NCBI RefSeq assembly: GCF_009914755.1
Contig: NC_060947.1
Length of the DNA stretch: 64,000 bases
From: the human T2T-CHM13v2.0 reference genome, Homo sapiens
Strand: one strand, 5' to 3'
Shown here: positions 23,169 to 37,300 of the stretch, one piece after another
Layout of the letters: the number at the start of each line of letters is the position of its first letter
How positions within the stretch are numbered: the first letter of the stretch is position 1
The notes under the pieces: model-generated
What the model was told of the DNA's origin: nothing
The model's input: the letters and a program-made list of their open reading frames with translations, nothing else
Database searches by the model: none
Translations under genes and position numbers: made by a program

Positions 23169-25374
23169 ATGTTTTATTCCCTAGCTCTTGTCCAGGCCTG
23201 AAAGGGTGAGTGGCCAGGGTTTTCTGAGTATATCAAAACAAAGTCTATAAAGGAATATCTACAAGCAGAAAAATACATTAAAACATAATTCTAATTTTGA
23301 AATTAAAAAATAATTATTTACATGAACCTCTTGTTTAATAAATATTTTTAGCCTTTGTTGCATTCATATACCCTTTCTAGGAAGCTAGTAATTTTATTAT
23401 TCAGGTGACATATCTGAAGTATGAGCTTTATTGATTGGTATACATTCTTGCTTTGTTTGGATACCCAATCTTGTAGCAATAAAAGGTTAATTTGTCACAG
23501 AAGGTCAACCTGTTCCATCATCAGGTACTGCAATCTGAAGCTCACATGGTCCCACGTGCCTAGGATTAATGTGAAAATCAATATACAATGGTTGAATTTT
23601 TAACGGTGGAGTTTCTGCAAAGGTTTTAACAATTTATACCCCCAAATAAAGTTCAGCCCATATGTTTCAAAACTGAAGCTCATAAGGTCATAAACATCAT
23701 CATTAGTACCACTGTTCTTAAGCTTCATAGACTGAACAGGACCTGAGTATTCCTATTGATTGCACTTTTACACACCTCTTAACTCTCATGAGTGTACTCT
23801 GCTCTAGAAAATGGGCAGTTTCAGTTTAGGCATGGTACAACTGTATCCTTCTTATTGTTTGCTAATATTATGTGTTTTCTGAAGAAACTTTTCATCATAA
23901 GCTACATTCCATGAGGCTATAGGAATACTTTATCCTAACAATACAAAAACAAAATAAAAAACAACTTTAATTTGGTTGTATTTATTATTTTCCATCTTTA
24001 AAAATACATTAATATTACAATTTTGAAAAGGATAGGGTTTGCCTCGTAGTTTATAAATATTTTATTTGCTTAAACATCTTGGGTCTGAAAGTTCTTGGCC
24101 AAAGAAATTGCTTACAAAAAGGATATTAGAAGAATCAGGATTGTGGAACCATTTGCAAATAATATTATATTAGCCTTCCTATAACTGAAACTAAAGAATC
24201 TTACATTATCAGTTTTGAACAAACATCCAAATGGAATACTGTATCCCAACCACATTGTAATGAAAGCCACTTACTACAATATGCAGACAAGTATATGTTG
24301 TGTTTTTAAAAGTTATTTATATAAATCAAAATTTCAATGTATGAAACATGGGCAATTGCAGTAGATTATACAACATGTTCTAGTATTGGCCAGGGCCGTT
24401 AATTGCAAAAAAACAATAACCTAACCCAAATTAACTCCATTTTGAAAATTTCTAGGGAACCAATATGTTTGGCATAGCTAAGGTCATATGCCCTCTTGGA
24501 CTAATAATTATGGCTATTAAAAGAGAATCTGTAGTAAAATGACTTCAACTCTTTGAGTCACAAATTTAAAAAAGAAAAAATCTAAGTAAGATATTGGATG
24601 GTGAAACAGTTGCTGCTTTTATAAGAAGTGAGAGATGGTGAACAGATGAACAAATGTCTACTGTTCTCTCTACTGAATATTTCATGGGCATTTTTTACGA
24701 CAGTCAGTTTTTAGGTGCTTTATAATGTGAGGCAGGATATAAAGAACATACCGTGTAACTTGCTCTCTAAGAAATGACAATCTAGTAATACAAATTTATA
24801 AAATTTGACATCAAACTTTACAGGTTATTCAGATATTCTAAGGTTATTGAACATCAAATCAATCTATAAACAATTAACCATAAAATCAAGATGTGTCTCT
24901 TCTCAGTTACTTATGCAGCTTTAGAACATCACCCATGATAGTTGTTGAACTCAGTGCGACTGCAGACCTTCTCTGCTGTATAGTAAGCAATATGGATTCT
25001 TACCCCAAAATGACAGAGGCACTTATCTTACTCTCACAAAACTTCTGGTAAACACAGGAAGGAAAAACGTGTTCATATATAACTATCATATACGACAAAG
25101 TGTAATTTATTTTAAGAGACAATGGCAGGAAGATTCAAAATTTGTCTAAAAATCTTGGAGTAATTTAAGAATCATTAAAGGGAGAAAATGAATGTGATTT
25201 GGCAAACTGACTAGAAAAATATAGGTGAAATTTCTTGTTTTTTTTTTCTAATTTTTGTTTTGTTATGTACAATAAGAATAACTTGAAGAAGGTACAGCAA
25301 AAGCATTTAAATATTTCTTATTTTTATTGAAACTTCAATTTGTATGTGTTAACAATCTATCATATGCTAGGTAC

Positions 25375-26042
25375 TATTGTGTCAGGTACAATCAAATAAA
25401 AAATTCAGACAGACAAAGAGAGACACTTTTCAAAACGATTATTGCAACAGGTAGATGACTATTGGAATAGAGAGATGAGGAACTACTGCAATAGTGTGAA
25501 TGATCTGATCATAAGATCTGCAAGTATCTCAAATTTGGGTGGAAAGGAATTTTTCTGTTTTTAGAAGGAGTAAACAAGGATAGAATGAAATGGGTTTGAG
25601 AAAGCACTAGTGGTATATAAGAGATGAAAATGTTGAGAAGAAATGATTAGAAAGATCAGAGGAAGTTTTTTCCTGAGGTCAGCCTTTTCTAGAGAGGAGA
25701 CATTAAAGAGGATGTTGAATGCTGGCTAAGGCTGAGTTTGGTTCAAAATTCAAGGCCCTGGGAGAAGGAAATAATTTTGTCTAAAGTTTCATTAACAAGC
25801 AATTTGTTCTAACTAATCAGTGTGGACAAGTAGTTCAACTAATCATTTATAAGAATTGTAATTTGGAAGGTTAGTGTCTGATCACAGGTAAAAATGGGGA
25901 GTATCCATGAGTCTTATCCAAGTCAGGTAAAGATGAATAGTTATTTTCAGCAAACCATTTTACGGAACAAAAGTGCGGTAAGGTATCCTAATTATCACTA
26001 TTTTCTAGGAGCATGGGGAATGGGTAAAGTTTAACATTGTCA
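25375..26042 (-). mobile_element. ERV1 solo LTR (MER90/MER67-group-like)
   Basis: The minus strand starts TGACAATGTTAAACTTTACC. 4-bp TSD GTAC at 25371-25374 and 26043-26046. Confidence 0.7.
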
Positions 26043-26099
26043 GTACAGAAAAATGAGACATATTTACTTCATGCTATTTAAAATGTGTGTAACCGTCAC

Positions 26100-26270
26100 A
26101 ATGTTACCTAACTTCTCTGTGCTTCCTTTACTTCATTTATAAAATAAAGGTAATAGTATAATCCTATCATAGGGTTTTTGTGATAATCAGATGTGTTAAT
26201 ATGTTTTAAATGCCTAGAAGATTTTCTATTACAACATGAGAGCTCAAAGTTATGTTCTGTTTTGGCTATT
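26100..26270 (+). mobile_element. MIR SINE fragment
   Basis: Core-like aacttctctgtgcttcctttacttcatttataaaataaagg...atcatagggtttttgtgat. Confidence 0.65.
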
Positions 26271-28577
26271 TTTGTCATAATTATAGTTGTCATTATTATT
26301 GTTATTTTAAGGGTCCAGTAATCTATGGGGAGACAGGGCTTACATAAAAAATAATCAGATAACTCTACAGAATATACTTGACTTTAGCAAAGTACTGTAC
26401 TGTTTGTATTGAAGTAAGCTATATTTAAACGGGAAAGTTAGGAGTGGAATTACATTGAGAAGGCCTAATACCTTGCTGACAGTACTGAAATATATGATCT
26501 ACATCTTTTTTCTTTTTTTTTTTTTTAACTATAATGACTTTAGTTGATTAACACAGTCATTATCTATTGAGAATCTACTTTGGCCAGTTAGTGCTGTTGA
26601 TTATCAAGCACTCTCCCTTCTCCCACAGAGTTCACAGTCTAGTAGAAAGGTTCTTAAATAGATCATAATTGATCGATCAGCTGATAGATAAAAGATTGTT
26701 TATATGATGACACATTACTAGTTCAGATGGTTAACTTTCTGTCTTCTTGAGACCTCAGAACATTTGGGACTCTTTCTGACACACGAGTTTATTTTTTTAG
26801 GGTCCTGCTTCTCTTTCCAAAACACACTTTTAAGCCTTTAATTTATTCATCCTTTTGTTTTACTGCAGACTCATTTTGTGTTTGGTGATTTTCTGCTGGG
26901 TTTTGGCCACATTAGTAAACCCACTACCCACCTGATTACACTGGTTCCAGTTTTCTCTAAAATATTTTCATTTAATTTATTCGGAAGGGAACATCTTAGG
27001 CCAACTATACTTAAAACCATCATATTAAGGAGAATTAAAGTGTTATGCTAATAAATGCTTCTCCCTATTTACTTATATCTAAAACCAAAACTTACCCATT
27101 GCTAAACCAGCCATTGTAATATTGAAATATGGATGAAATAAAGAATTTTTTACAAATGGAAAGTGAGTCTTTTCTTACCTTGGCAGTCTTTATAAGACAC
27201 CTTGACAAAAATAATATGTGCTCATTTAAGAGCCCAAATTGACCCAAAGGACTTTTTATAGACATTATTTTCAAATCTAGATATTACTGGTTTTCAGATA
27301 TGAATAGTCAAACAATTCCAACACAGGAGGAGATAAGGGTCTCTGATGCACTACATACAGAATTATATTTCAACCACTATAAACATCATTTAATGAACCC
27401 TATCTAATGACCTCTTCCATGGTTTGCATTAGTAATATTATTCAAAAATAATGCTACAAAAACTAAAATTAGTGCTTTCTCAAAGGAAAACCGAGTTTTT
27501 CCAGGATTAGTTAAAAGGGATTGCAGGGAGAAAATTAATGTAACAGAGAATTTTCTACACTATAAAGGAATATAGAGAATCACAATCTAATCACAAAATG
27601 CTGACTAGAGACACAGTATTTGGGTAACTTCCATTTTCTTTGCAAAACATATTACCGTACTTATATTTAAAAGAGTTGACTTTACCAGAATCTAGTCAGA
27701 TATAATTTTATTCTTTAAAAGTGTATGTCTTTATCATGTATGTTTCCTTCAAAGGAGATGACTTATATCAATAATTTTTATTTGAAGTAATATTACTTCA
27801 TAGTGTATACCCTTTACAAAATAAATATGGTAATGCTGACATTAAATCCAAGGTTTGTTCTGGCAGATGAAAAGTGACAATAATTTCCAGCAGTTCTGCA
27901 AATTTAAAGCTACCAATGCAAAGTAATAATATTTCTTTTTTATTATATAACCTGATTTAAGTGTTTGTCATTCAAGTAAAAAGGAGAACATCTTTATCTT
28001 CACAATTTTTTAGATAAAGAAGCTAAGTCTAGAAGTCAGAACCATGGCATCTATTTTGTTTTGTTGTTTGTTTGTTTGTTTTTGCCTTTTTATTTTCTTC
28101 TTTTAAGTTCAGGGGTTATAGGTACAGCTTTGTTGCATGGGTAAATGGCACGTCTTGAATATCTGGTGTCCAGATTATTTTGTCACCCAGCTAATAGCCA
28201 TAGTAACTGATAAGTAGTTTGTCAATCTTCACTCTCCCCTCACCCTCCACCATCAAGTAGGCCCCATTTTCTATTGCTTCCTTTTTTTCTTTTAATCTAT
28301 GTATAGTCAATATTTACCTCCTACTTGTAAGTGAGAGCATGCAGTATTTGGCTTTCTCTTCCTGTGTTAGTTGGCTTACAATAATGATCTCCAGCTCCAT
28401 TCATGTTGCTGCAAAGGGCATGCTTTCTTTTTGTTTTCAGTTTTTATGGTATTCCATGGGTATATGTACCATATTTTCTTTACTCTGTCCACATTAATGG
28501 GCATTTAGGTGGGTTCCATGTCTTTGCTATTGTGAATAGTGCTGTAATAAACATATATGTGCATGTGTCTTTCTGGG

Positions 28578-28977
28578 TGTATTAGTCTGTTCTCACACTG
28601 CTATAAAAAACTACCTGAAACTGGGTAATTTTTGAAGAAAAGAGGTTTAATTGACTCACAGTTCCTTCGGCTATACAGGAGGCATGGCTGGGGAGGCCTC
28701 AGGAAACTTACAATCATAGCAGAAGGTGAAGGGGAAGCAAGCATGTCTTTACATGGCTGGCAGGAGAGATAGAGAAAGTCAAAGGGGAGGTGCTACACAT
28801 CTTCAAAGAATCAGATCTTGTAGGAACTCTATCAGGAGACAGCACTAGGAGGTTGCTGTTAAACTTTCATGATCACCACCCTCATGATCCAAACACCTCC
28901 CACCAGGCCCCATGTCTAACACTGGGAATTACAGTTTAACATAACATTTGGGTGGGGACACAGAACAAACCATATTG
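28578..28977 (-). mobile_element. MaLR solo LTR, MSTA-like
   Basis: tgtattagtctgttctcacactgctataaa...aggcatggctggggaggcctcaggaaacttacaatc...aaaccatattg; 5-bp TSD ctggg/ctgag. Confidence 0.9.
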
Positions 28978-29225
28978 CTGAGAGAATGTTTATATTCTTA
29001 GGTGTAATATACCCAGTAATGCGATTGCTGCAGTGAATATTAGTTTTCTTATAACTTCTTTGAGAAATCTCCAAACTGCTTTCAACAGTGGTTGAAATAG
29101 TTAGCACTGACACCAGCAGTGTGTAAGCATTCCCCTTTCTATACAACCTTGCCAGAATCTTTTTTTTTTTTTTTTGTAGTTTGTCATAACCATTCTGATT
29201 GGTGTGAGATGGTATCTCACTGTAG

Positions 29226-29580
<355 letters not shown>

Positions 29581-30559
29581 TTGATTTGCATTTCTCAAAT
29601 GATTAATGGGATTATTTTTTCATATGCCTTTTGGCCATGTTTATGTCTTCTCTTGAGAAGTGTCTGTTTATGACCTTTGCCCAATTTTTAATGTGGTTGT
29701 TTATTTTTGCTTGTTAATTTGTTTAAATTCCTTACAGATTCTGAATAATGACCTTTGTTGGATGCATCATTTGCAAATATTTTCTTTCATTCTATAGGTT
29801 TTCCATTTACACTGTTGGTAGTTTCTTTTGCTGTGCAGAATCTCTTTCATTTAATTAGGTCTCACTTGTTAATTTTTGGTTTTGTCGTTAACTGCTTTCA
29901 GAGCCTTAGTCGTGACGTGTTTGATAGGTCCTATGTCCAGAATGTTATTTCCTAGGTTATCGTCAAGGGATTTTATAGTTTTATGTTTTATATTTTAAAG
30001 TTTTTAATTTATATTCTGTTGATTTTTTTTCATATGGGGAAAGGAAGTGGTCTAGTTTTAATCTTCTGCATATGATTAGTCAGTTATGCCAGCACCATTT
30101 ACCGAATTTTTAATCCTTTCCCTGTTGCTTGATTTTGTCAACTTTGTCAAAGACAGGTGATTGTAGACAGTAGGGTTTCTTTCTGGGTTCTTCATTCTGT
30201 TTCATTGGTTTATGTGTGTTTTTCTACTGGTACTGTGCTATTTTTTTACTATAGCCTTGTAGTATAGTTTGAATTCAGGTAGGAAGATCATTTTGAATAG
30301 GATTGATTCAGGCACTTTTTTTGGTTCAGTTTGAAATTTAGAATAGTTTTTTCCAATTATTTGAAAAATATCTTTGGTAGTTTGATAGAAATAGCACTGG
30401 AACTGTCAATTGTGTTTGGCAGAATGGCCATTTTAACAGTACAGATTTTTCCTATCAGTTAGCATGGACTTTTTGTCTCATCTTCATTTTATTTCAGCAG
30501 TGTTCCATAATTCTCATTGTAGAGATTTTTCACCTCCCTGATTAGCTGTACTCCTAGGT

Positions 30560-30561
<2 letters not shown>

Positions 30562-30595
<34 letters not shown>
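30562..30595. repeat. (TG)n microsatellite
   Basis: About 17 perfect TG units. Confidence 0.95.
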
Positions 30596-30596
<1 letters not shown>

Positions 30597-31279
30597 CTAC
30601 TGTGAATGGAACTGTGTCTTGATTTGGCTTTTGGCTTGTATGTTGTGGTGTAAAGAAATGCTACAGATTTTTATACCTTGATTTTGTATCTGAACCTTTG
30701 CCAAAGTTGTTTATCATATCTAGGAACCTTGTAGTGGAGTCTTTAAGATTTTCTAGTTATAGAATCATATCAGCAGAGAGATATTTGGCTTCTTCTTTTC
30801 CTATATGGATGCCTTTTATTTCTTTATCTTGCCTCATTGCTCAGACTGGAACCTCCAGTATAACATTGAATAGGAGTGGGGACAGTTGGTATCCTTGTCT
30901 TTTCACAGTTCTCAAGAGGAATGGTTTCAGCCTTTCACCAAATTACTATATACTATTACTTGACGTTGGCTGTGGGTTTGTCATAGATGTATTTTATTAT
31001 TTTGAGGTATGTACTTTCAATGCTTAGTCCATTGAGAGTTTTCATCATAAAAGATATTAAATTTTATTCAATGCTTTATTTCTGCATATTTGGAGATAAT
31101 CACATGCTTTTGCTTTTAATTCTATTTATTTAGTGATCACATTTATTAATTTGCATATGTTGAACCAGGCTTGTATCTAAAGAATAAAGCTTATTTGGTT
31201 GTGGTAAATTAACTTTTTGATGTTCTACTGGATACTGTTTGCTAGTATTTTGTTGAGGATTTTTAGATATAGAATTTGT

Positions 31280-32595
31280 GGGGTCCTTTATGAATTTTAC
31301 GGAAAATTTTAGTAAAGCCATATTGGACTGGAGATTAGTTTTCCTGGTAATGTTTAAATACAGATTTAATTTCTTTGATTGAAAGCTATTAATATTATCT
31401 ACTCTTTTTAACAGTTAATGAATTTTAAGATATTGGTCTATTCCACCTATGTTTTAGTATTTATGTATGTTGTGTTATTTTTATTATTTTATTATGATTT
31501 TTTAAATGTGTGAGTAGTCTTTAGTGTTAGTCACTCTTGTATGTCTAATAATGATAATCTGTGTCTTCTCTTTGATGATTTTCTTTATCAATATTTCTAG
31601 ATGCTTATTCATTTCATGGATCTTTTCTTATATTACCAGTGCTTTGTTTCATTGATATTTTGTATCTCTCTGTGTTAAATTTCATTGTTTTCTATTCTTA
31701 TGTCACTTTCTTATAGATTATTAGTAGATTTGGGTTGATTTTGATTTTACTTTTTCAGTTTTGTAAGGTGGAAACAAATTAATTTGAGACCATTCTTCCT
31801 TTCTAATGTATTTATTTACAACTTACATTTCCTTCTGCACATTTCTATGCTGCATTCTACAAACACTGATGTTATATTTTTTTTTATTTTTTATTATCTT
31901 AGCGCACCCACTGAATTTTTACTTTGGTTATTTTATTTTTAGCTCAAAAACTTTTATTTGTTGTTTTCTTCTTTATATTGAGACAAATTGTCACTCTGTC
32001 ACCCAGGCTGGAGTTCAGTGATGTGATCATGGATTGCTGCAACCTCCTCCTCCCAAGTTCAAGTGATCCTCCCACTTCAGCCTCTCAAATAGCTGAAAGT
32101 ACAGGTGCATGCCACCACACTGGGCTAATCTTTGCATTTTTCATAGAGATGGGGTATTGCCATTTTGTCCAGGCTAGTCTCAAACTCTTGGGCTAAAGTT
32201 ATCTGCCTGCCTGAGCCTCCCAGAGTGCTGGGATTACAGGTGTGAGTCACTATGCCCAGCCTACATTTAGGTATTTTTATAACTTCTGTATCTTTGCTAG
32301 AGTTTTCTGTCATTCCAGTTTAAGTGTGTTTTCTCACACGCTTAGAGTTTGATTATAATAGCTGCTCTAAAAACCTTGTACAATAAGCCCAATATCTTGA
32401 AAACTTTTTATTGGTATTTTACTGTATTTTTTCATTTTAGATCTTGAGATTTGATTAATTTTTTGCAACCTAAGTAATATTTATTACCTTTGGGACATTT
32501 TCAATATTATAGTATATTATTCTGGGTCTTGTTTGAATATTATTAAAATTTTTACTTTCATTTTATTTTTACTTTTTAGCAATTAACTTGGTTAA
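31280..32595 (-). mobile_element. Highly decayed ancient L1M (ORF2 then ORF1 remnants)
   Basis: T-rich antisense L1-like text (gtaaagccatattggactggag; ctgaatttttactttggttattttatttttagctc), with an apparent internal deletion near 31900. Confidence 0.55.
31965..32261 (-). mobile_element. Alu, AluJ-like
   Basis: Dimeric Alu with J-type positions (gtgatcctcccacttcagcctc; aactcttgggctaaag). Confidence 0.88.
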
Positions 32596-32599
32596 ATTA

Positions 32600-33330
32600 A
32601 AACTGCCCCACGATCTCAGGGGAGCAGGCTGGGCTACCCAGCAGTGACACACACAAACTAGTTCTAGGTTACCAAGCCAGCCATGGCCACAAGTCTCATT
32701 GCCCAGGAGCAAATGTGGTTGTAGCAGTTCTCTGCTCACCACAGTTCTATGATGAGTGACAGCACAATTCCAGCACCTACTTGTGTGGAGCTCTCCACAA
32801 TTTTGGCTGTGAAGGTGCCTACCCTACTCTAGAGCAATCATTTTGTGGCCCAATACTAAAATGCCTGTGTGGGCACACTCCTGGGTCACCCAATAACTTA
32901 CTTTGTATGTACCCAAACTGAAAATAGTGTGCTCTCCATCTCAGATCTGGGAAAATTTCTGCAGCTATTCTCAGTGACTTTTGCTCCTAGCATCTCCCAG
33001 ACTTTTCGGAAATTAGCTCTAGGGCTTTGGAGAAACAAAGTGCTCTTCTTTGGCCTGAGTTGCTTAGATCCCCAGTGGAAAGGTAAGTCACAGGGAGAAG
33101 CTATCTGTCTCTCACACATTTTGGGACTTCACTCAATTTTTTCCATCAGAAGTTGTCACAGGGTCAATTTCCCCATAGTCTCCTCACTGAGATCTGGGCC
33201 GTTCTTCATGACTCTGAGGAATTCCCAATTTACTTTTTGAATTAAAGTTCGCAGAGCTGATCTTTTTGTACTATTTTGATATTTTCAAATGGTTGAGTCA
33301 TGCTAAAAGACTCTAATCCACCATCTCCCA
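32600..33330 (-). mobile_element. L1M2-like 5'UTR, extreme 5' portion
   Basis: The minus strand begins gggagatggtggattagag (L1 5'-terminal AGATGG motif) and contains tttccactggggatc. Confidence 0.7.
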
Positions 33331-33751
33331 GGAGCTACAGCTATACCCTGCATTAACTGCCAACAGTAGCCACTACACACTCCAAGGATCAGCCCATGCC
33401 TAAAAGAACACAAAGATTCTCTCAGTGAACAAGGATCAAGTATGTACTCACCCATTTTCGCTGCTGCCAACTCCTACCTATAAGGGCCACCTACTGGCTT
33501 GTATGTGAAACCTTACAGCACAATATAAAACCTCTCAACAAAAATGCTTAGCCCTACAGAAGCAGAGCCAAAATTTCCTACCCGACATTACAGTCACATA
33601 ACCTGGGGATGGAAGAAAGACAAGAAAATAAAGTCAAAATATCACGGGGAATAAAGAAAATATTTGTCCACATGAAAATGAATATGAGAATTAGAAATTC
33701 TGCCATGTCCAGATGAGCAGGAACCAGTGTAAGAATTCTGGAACCACAAAA
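33331..33751 (+). mobile_element. L1M2-like distal 5'UTR and ORF1 start
   Basis: aaggatcaagtatgtactc...gccacctactggcttg...ATGagcaggaaccagtgtaagaattctgg (ORF1 start, MSRNQCKNSG). Confidence 0.7.
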
Positions 33752-33757
33752 TATATA

Positions 33758-34252
33758 TATTTTTTATTATATTACTTTAAGTTCTGGGACACATGCAGAA
33801 TGTGCAGGTTTGTTACATAGGTGTACACGTGCCATGGCGGTTTGCTGCACCCATCAATCAACCCATCATCTACATTAGGTATTTCTCCTAATGCTGTCCC
33901 TCCCCCAGCCCCCACCCCGCCGATAGGCCCCAGTGAGTGATGATCACCTCCCTGTGTCCATATGTTCCCATTCTTCAACTCCCACTTATGAGTGAGAACA
34001 TGCGGTATTTGGTTTTCTGCTCCTGTGTTAGTTTGCTGAGAATGATGGTTTCCAGCTTCATCCATGTCCCTGCAAAGGACATGAACTCATCCTTTCTTAC
34101 AGCTGCATAGTATTCCATGGTGTAAATGTGCCACATTTTCTTTATCCAGTCTATCATTGGGTTACTTCCAAGTCTTTACTATTGTGAATAGTGCTGCAAT
34201 AAACACACTTGTGCATGTGTCTTTATAGTAGAATGATTTATAATACTTTAGG
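33758..34252 (-). mobile_element. 5'-truncated L1PA7-like 3' end
   Basis: ctttaagttctggg...catctacattaggtatttctcctaatgct; ORF 33975-34157 is the ORF2 C-terminus. Confidence 0.88.
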
Positions 34253-34325
34253 CTTATTCTGCATGGTAGACCAAATGGATCTAATAGATATTTATATAAT
34301 ATTTGATCCAGCAGCTGAAGAACAC

Positions 34326-37300
34326 ACTCTACAAGCCAGAGGAGATTGTGGGCCAATATTCAACATTCTTAAAGGGAAGAATTTTCAACCCAGAATTTCG
34401 TATCCATCCAAAGTCATCTTCATAAGCAAAGGATAAATACAATTATTTCCAGACAAGCTGATGCTGAGGGATTTTGTTATCACCGTGCCTTCCTTGCAAG
34501 ACCTCTTGAAAGAAGCATTAAATATGGAAAGGAAAAACCAGTACCAACCACTGCAAAAACACACCAAAATATAAAGACCAGTGACACTATGAAGAAACTT
34601 TATCAACTACTGTGCAAAATAACCAGATAGCACCATGATGACAGAATCAAATTCCCACAGAACAGTATTAACCTTAAATGTAAATGGTCTAAATGCCCCA
34701 ATTAAAAGGCACAGACTGACAAATTGCATAGAGTCAAGATCCATTGGTGTGCTGTATTCAGGAGACTCATCTCACATGTAAAGACACACATAGCCTCAAA
34801 ATAAAAAGATGGAGAAAAATTTACCAAGCAAATGGAAAGCAAAAAAAAAAAAAAAAAAAAAAAATTCAGGGGTTGCAATCCTAACCTCTGACAAAACAGA
34901 TTTTAAACCAGCAAAGATCAAAAAAGACAAAGAAGAGCATTACATAATGGTAAAGGGAACAATTCAACGAGAAGGACTAACTATTCTAAATATGTATGCA
35001 CCCAATACAGTAGCATCCAGATTTATCAAACAAATTCTTAGAGACCTAAAAAGAGACTTAGACTCCCACACAATAATAGTGGGAGACTTTAACACCCCAT
35101 TGTCAATATTAGACAGATCAACGAGACAGAAAATTAACAAGGATATTCAGGACTTGAACTCAGCTCTGGACCAAATGGACCTAGTAGATATCTACAGAAC
35201 TTTCCACACCAAATCAACATAATATACATTCTTCTCAGTGCCACATAGCACTTATTCTAAAATCGATCACATAATTGGAAGTAGAACACTCACTCCTCAG
35301 CAAATGCAAAAGAATGGAAATCATAACAAACTGTCTGTCAACCACAGTGCAATCAAATTAGAACTCAGGATTAAGAAAGTCATTCAAAATTGCACAACTA
35401 CTTGGAAATTGAACAACCTGCTCCTGAATGACTACTGTTTAAGTAACAAAATTAAGGCAGAAATAAAAAAGTTCTTCGAAACCAATGAGAACAAAGCAAC
35501 AATGTACAAGAATCTCTGGCACACAGCTAAAGCTGTGTTAAGACGGAAATTTTTGCTACTAATTGCCCACAGGAGGAAGTGGGAAAGATCTCAAATCGAC
35601 ACTCTAACATCACAATTAAAAGAGCTAGAGAGGCAAGAGCAAAGTAATCCAAAATCTAGCAAAAGACAAGAAATAACTAAGATCAGAGAAGAATTGAAGG
35701 AAATAGAGATACAGAAACCCTGCAAAAATCAATAAATCCAGGTTTTTTTTTAAAAAAAGCAAATAGACCACTAGCTATACTAATAAAGAAGAAAAAATGA
35801 AGAATCAAATAGACACAATAAAAAAATGATAAAGGGGATAGCACCACTGACCCCACAGAAATACAAACTACCATCAGAGATATTATAAACACCTTTACAC
35901 AAATAAACTAGAAAATCTAGAAGAAAGGAATAAATTCCTGGACACATACACCCTCCCAATACTAAACCAATAAGAAGTCACATCCCTGAATAGACCAATA
36001 ACACATTCTAAAATTAAAGCAGTAATTAATAGCCTACCAACCAAAAAAAGCCCAGGACCAGGCGGATTCACAGCCAAATTCTATAAGAGGTACAAAGAGG
36101 AGCTGGTACCATTCATTCTGAAGCTATTCCAAATAATTAAAAAGGAGGAACTCCTCCTTAACTAATTTTATGAAGCCGGCATCTTCCTGATACCAAACCC
36201 TGGCAGAAACAAAACAAAAAAAGACAACTTCAGGCCAGTATCCCTGACGAACATTGATTCAAAAATCCTCAATAAAATACTGGCAAACAAAATCTAGCAG
36301 CAAATCAAAAAACTTATCCACTACAATCAAGTTGGCCGCATCCCTGGGATGCAAGCCTGGTTCAACATACACAAATCAACAAACAAAATCCATCACATAA
36401 ACAGAACCAAAAACAAAAAGCACATGATTATTTTAACAGATGCAAAGAAGGCGTTCATGTTAAAAACTCTCAGCAAACTAGGTATTGATGAAACATATCT
36501 CAAAATAATAAGAACTTTCATGACAAACCCCCAGTCAATATCATACTGAATGGGAAAAAGCTGGAAGCATTTCTTTTGAAAACCGGTACAAGACAAGGAT
36601 GTCCTCTCTCACCACTCCTATTCAACATAGTATTGGAAGTTGCAGCCAGGGAAATCAGACAAGAGAAAAAAATAAGGGGTATTCAATAGGAATAGAGGAA
36701 GTCAAATTGCCTCTGTTTGCAGATGACATGATTTTATATTTAGAAAACCCCATCATCTCTTTAACCCCAATATCTCCTTAAGCTGATAAGCAACTTCAGC
36801 AGTCTCAGGATACAAAATCAATGTGCAAAAATCACAAGCATTTCTTTACGCCAAAAATAGTCAAGCAGAAGGCCAAATCACGAATAAACTCCCATTCACA
36901 ATCTCTGCAAAGAGAATAAAATACCTAGAAATATAGCTAACAAGGGATGTGAAGGACCTCTTCAAGGAGAACTACAAACTACTGCCCAAGGAAACAAGAG
37001 AGGACATAAACAAATGGAAAAACATTTCATCCTCATGGATAAGAAGAATCAATATCGTAAAAATTGCCACACTGCCCAAAGTAATTTATAGATTTAATGT
37101 TATTCCCATCAAACAACCATTGACATTCTTCACAGAAATAGAAAAAACTACTTTAAATTTCATACGGAATCGAAGAAGACACTGTATAGCCAAGACAATC
37201 CTAAGCAAAAAGAACAAAGCTGGAGGCATCACATTAGCTGACTTTAAGCTACACTACAAGGCCACAGTAACTAAAACAGCATTATACCTATATCAAAACA

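Noticed and set aside
26531-26563. 9-bp inverted repeat ataatgact/agtcattat
   Set aside because: Short and AT-rich; compatible with chance in 64 kb.
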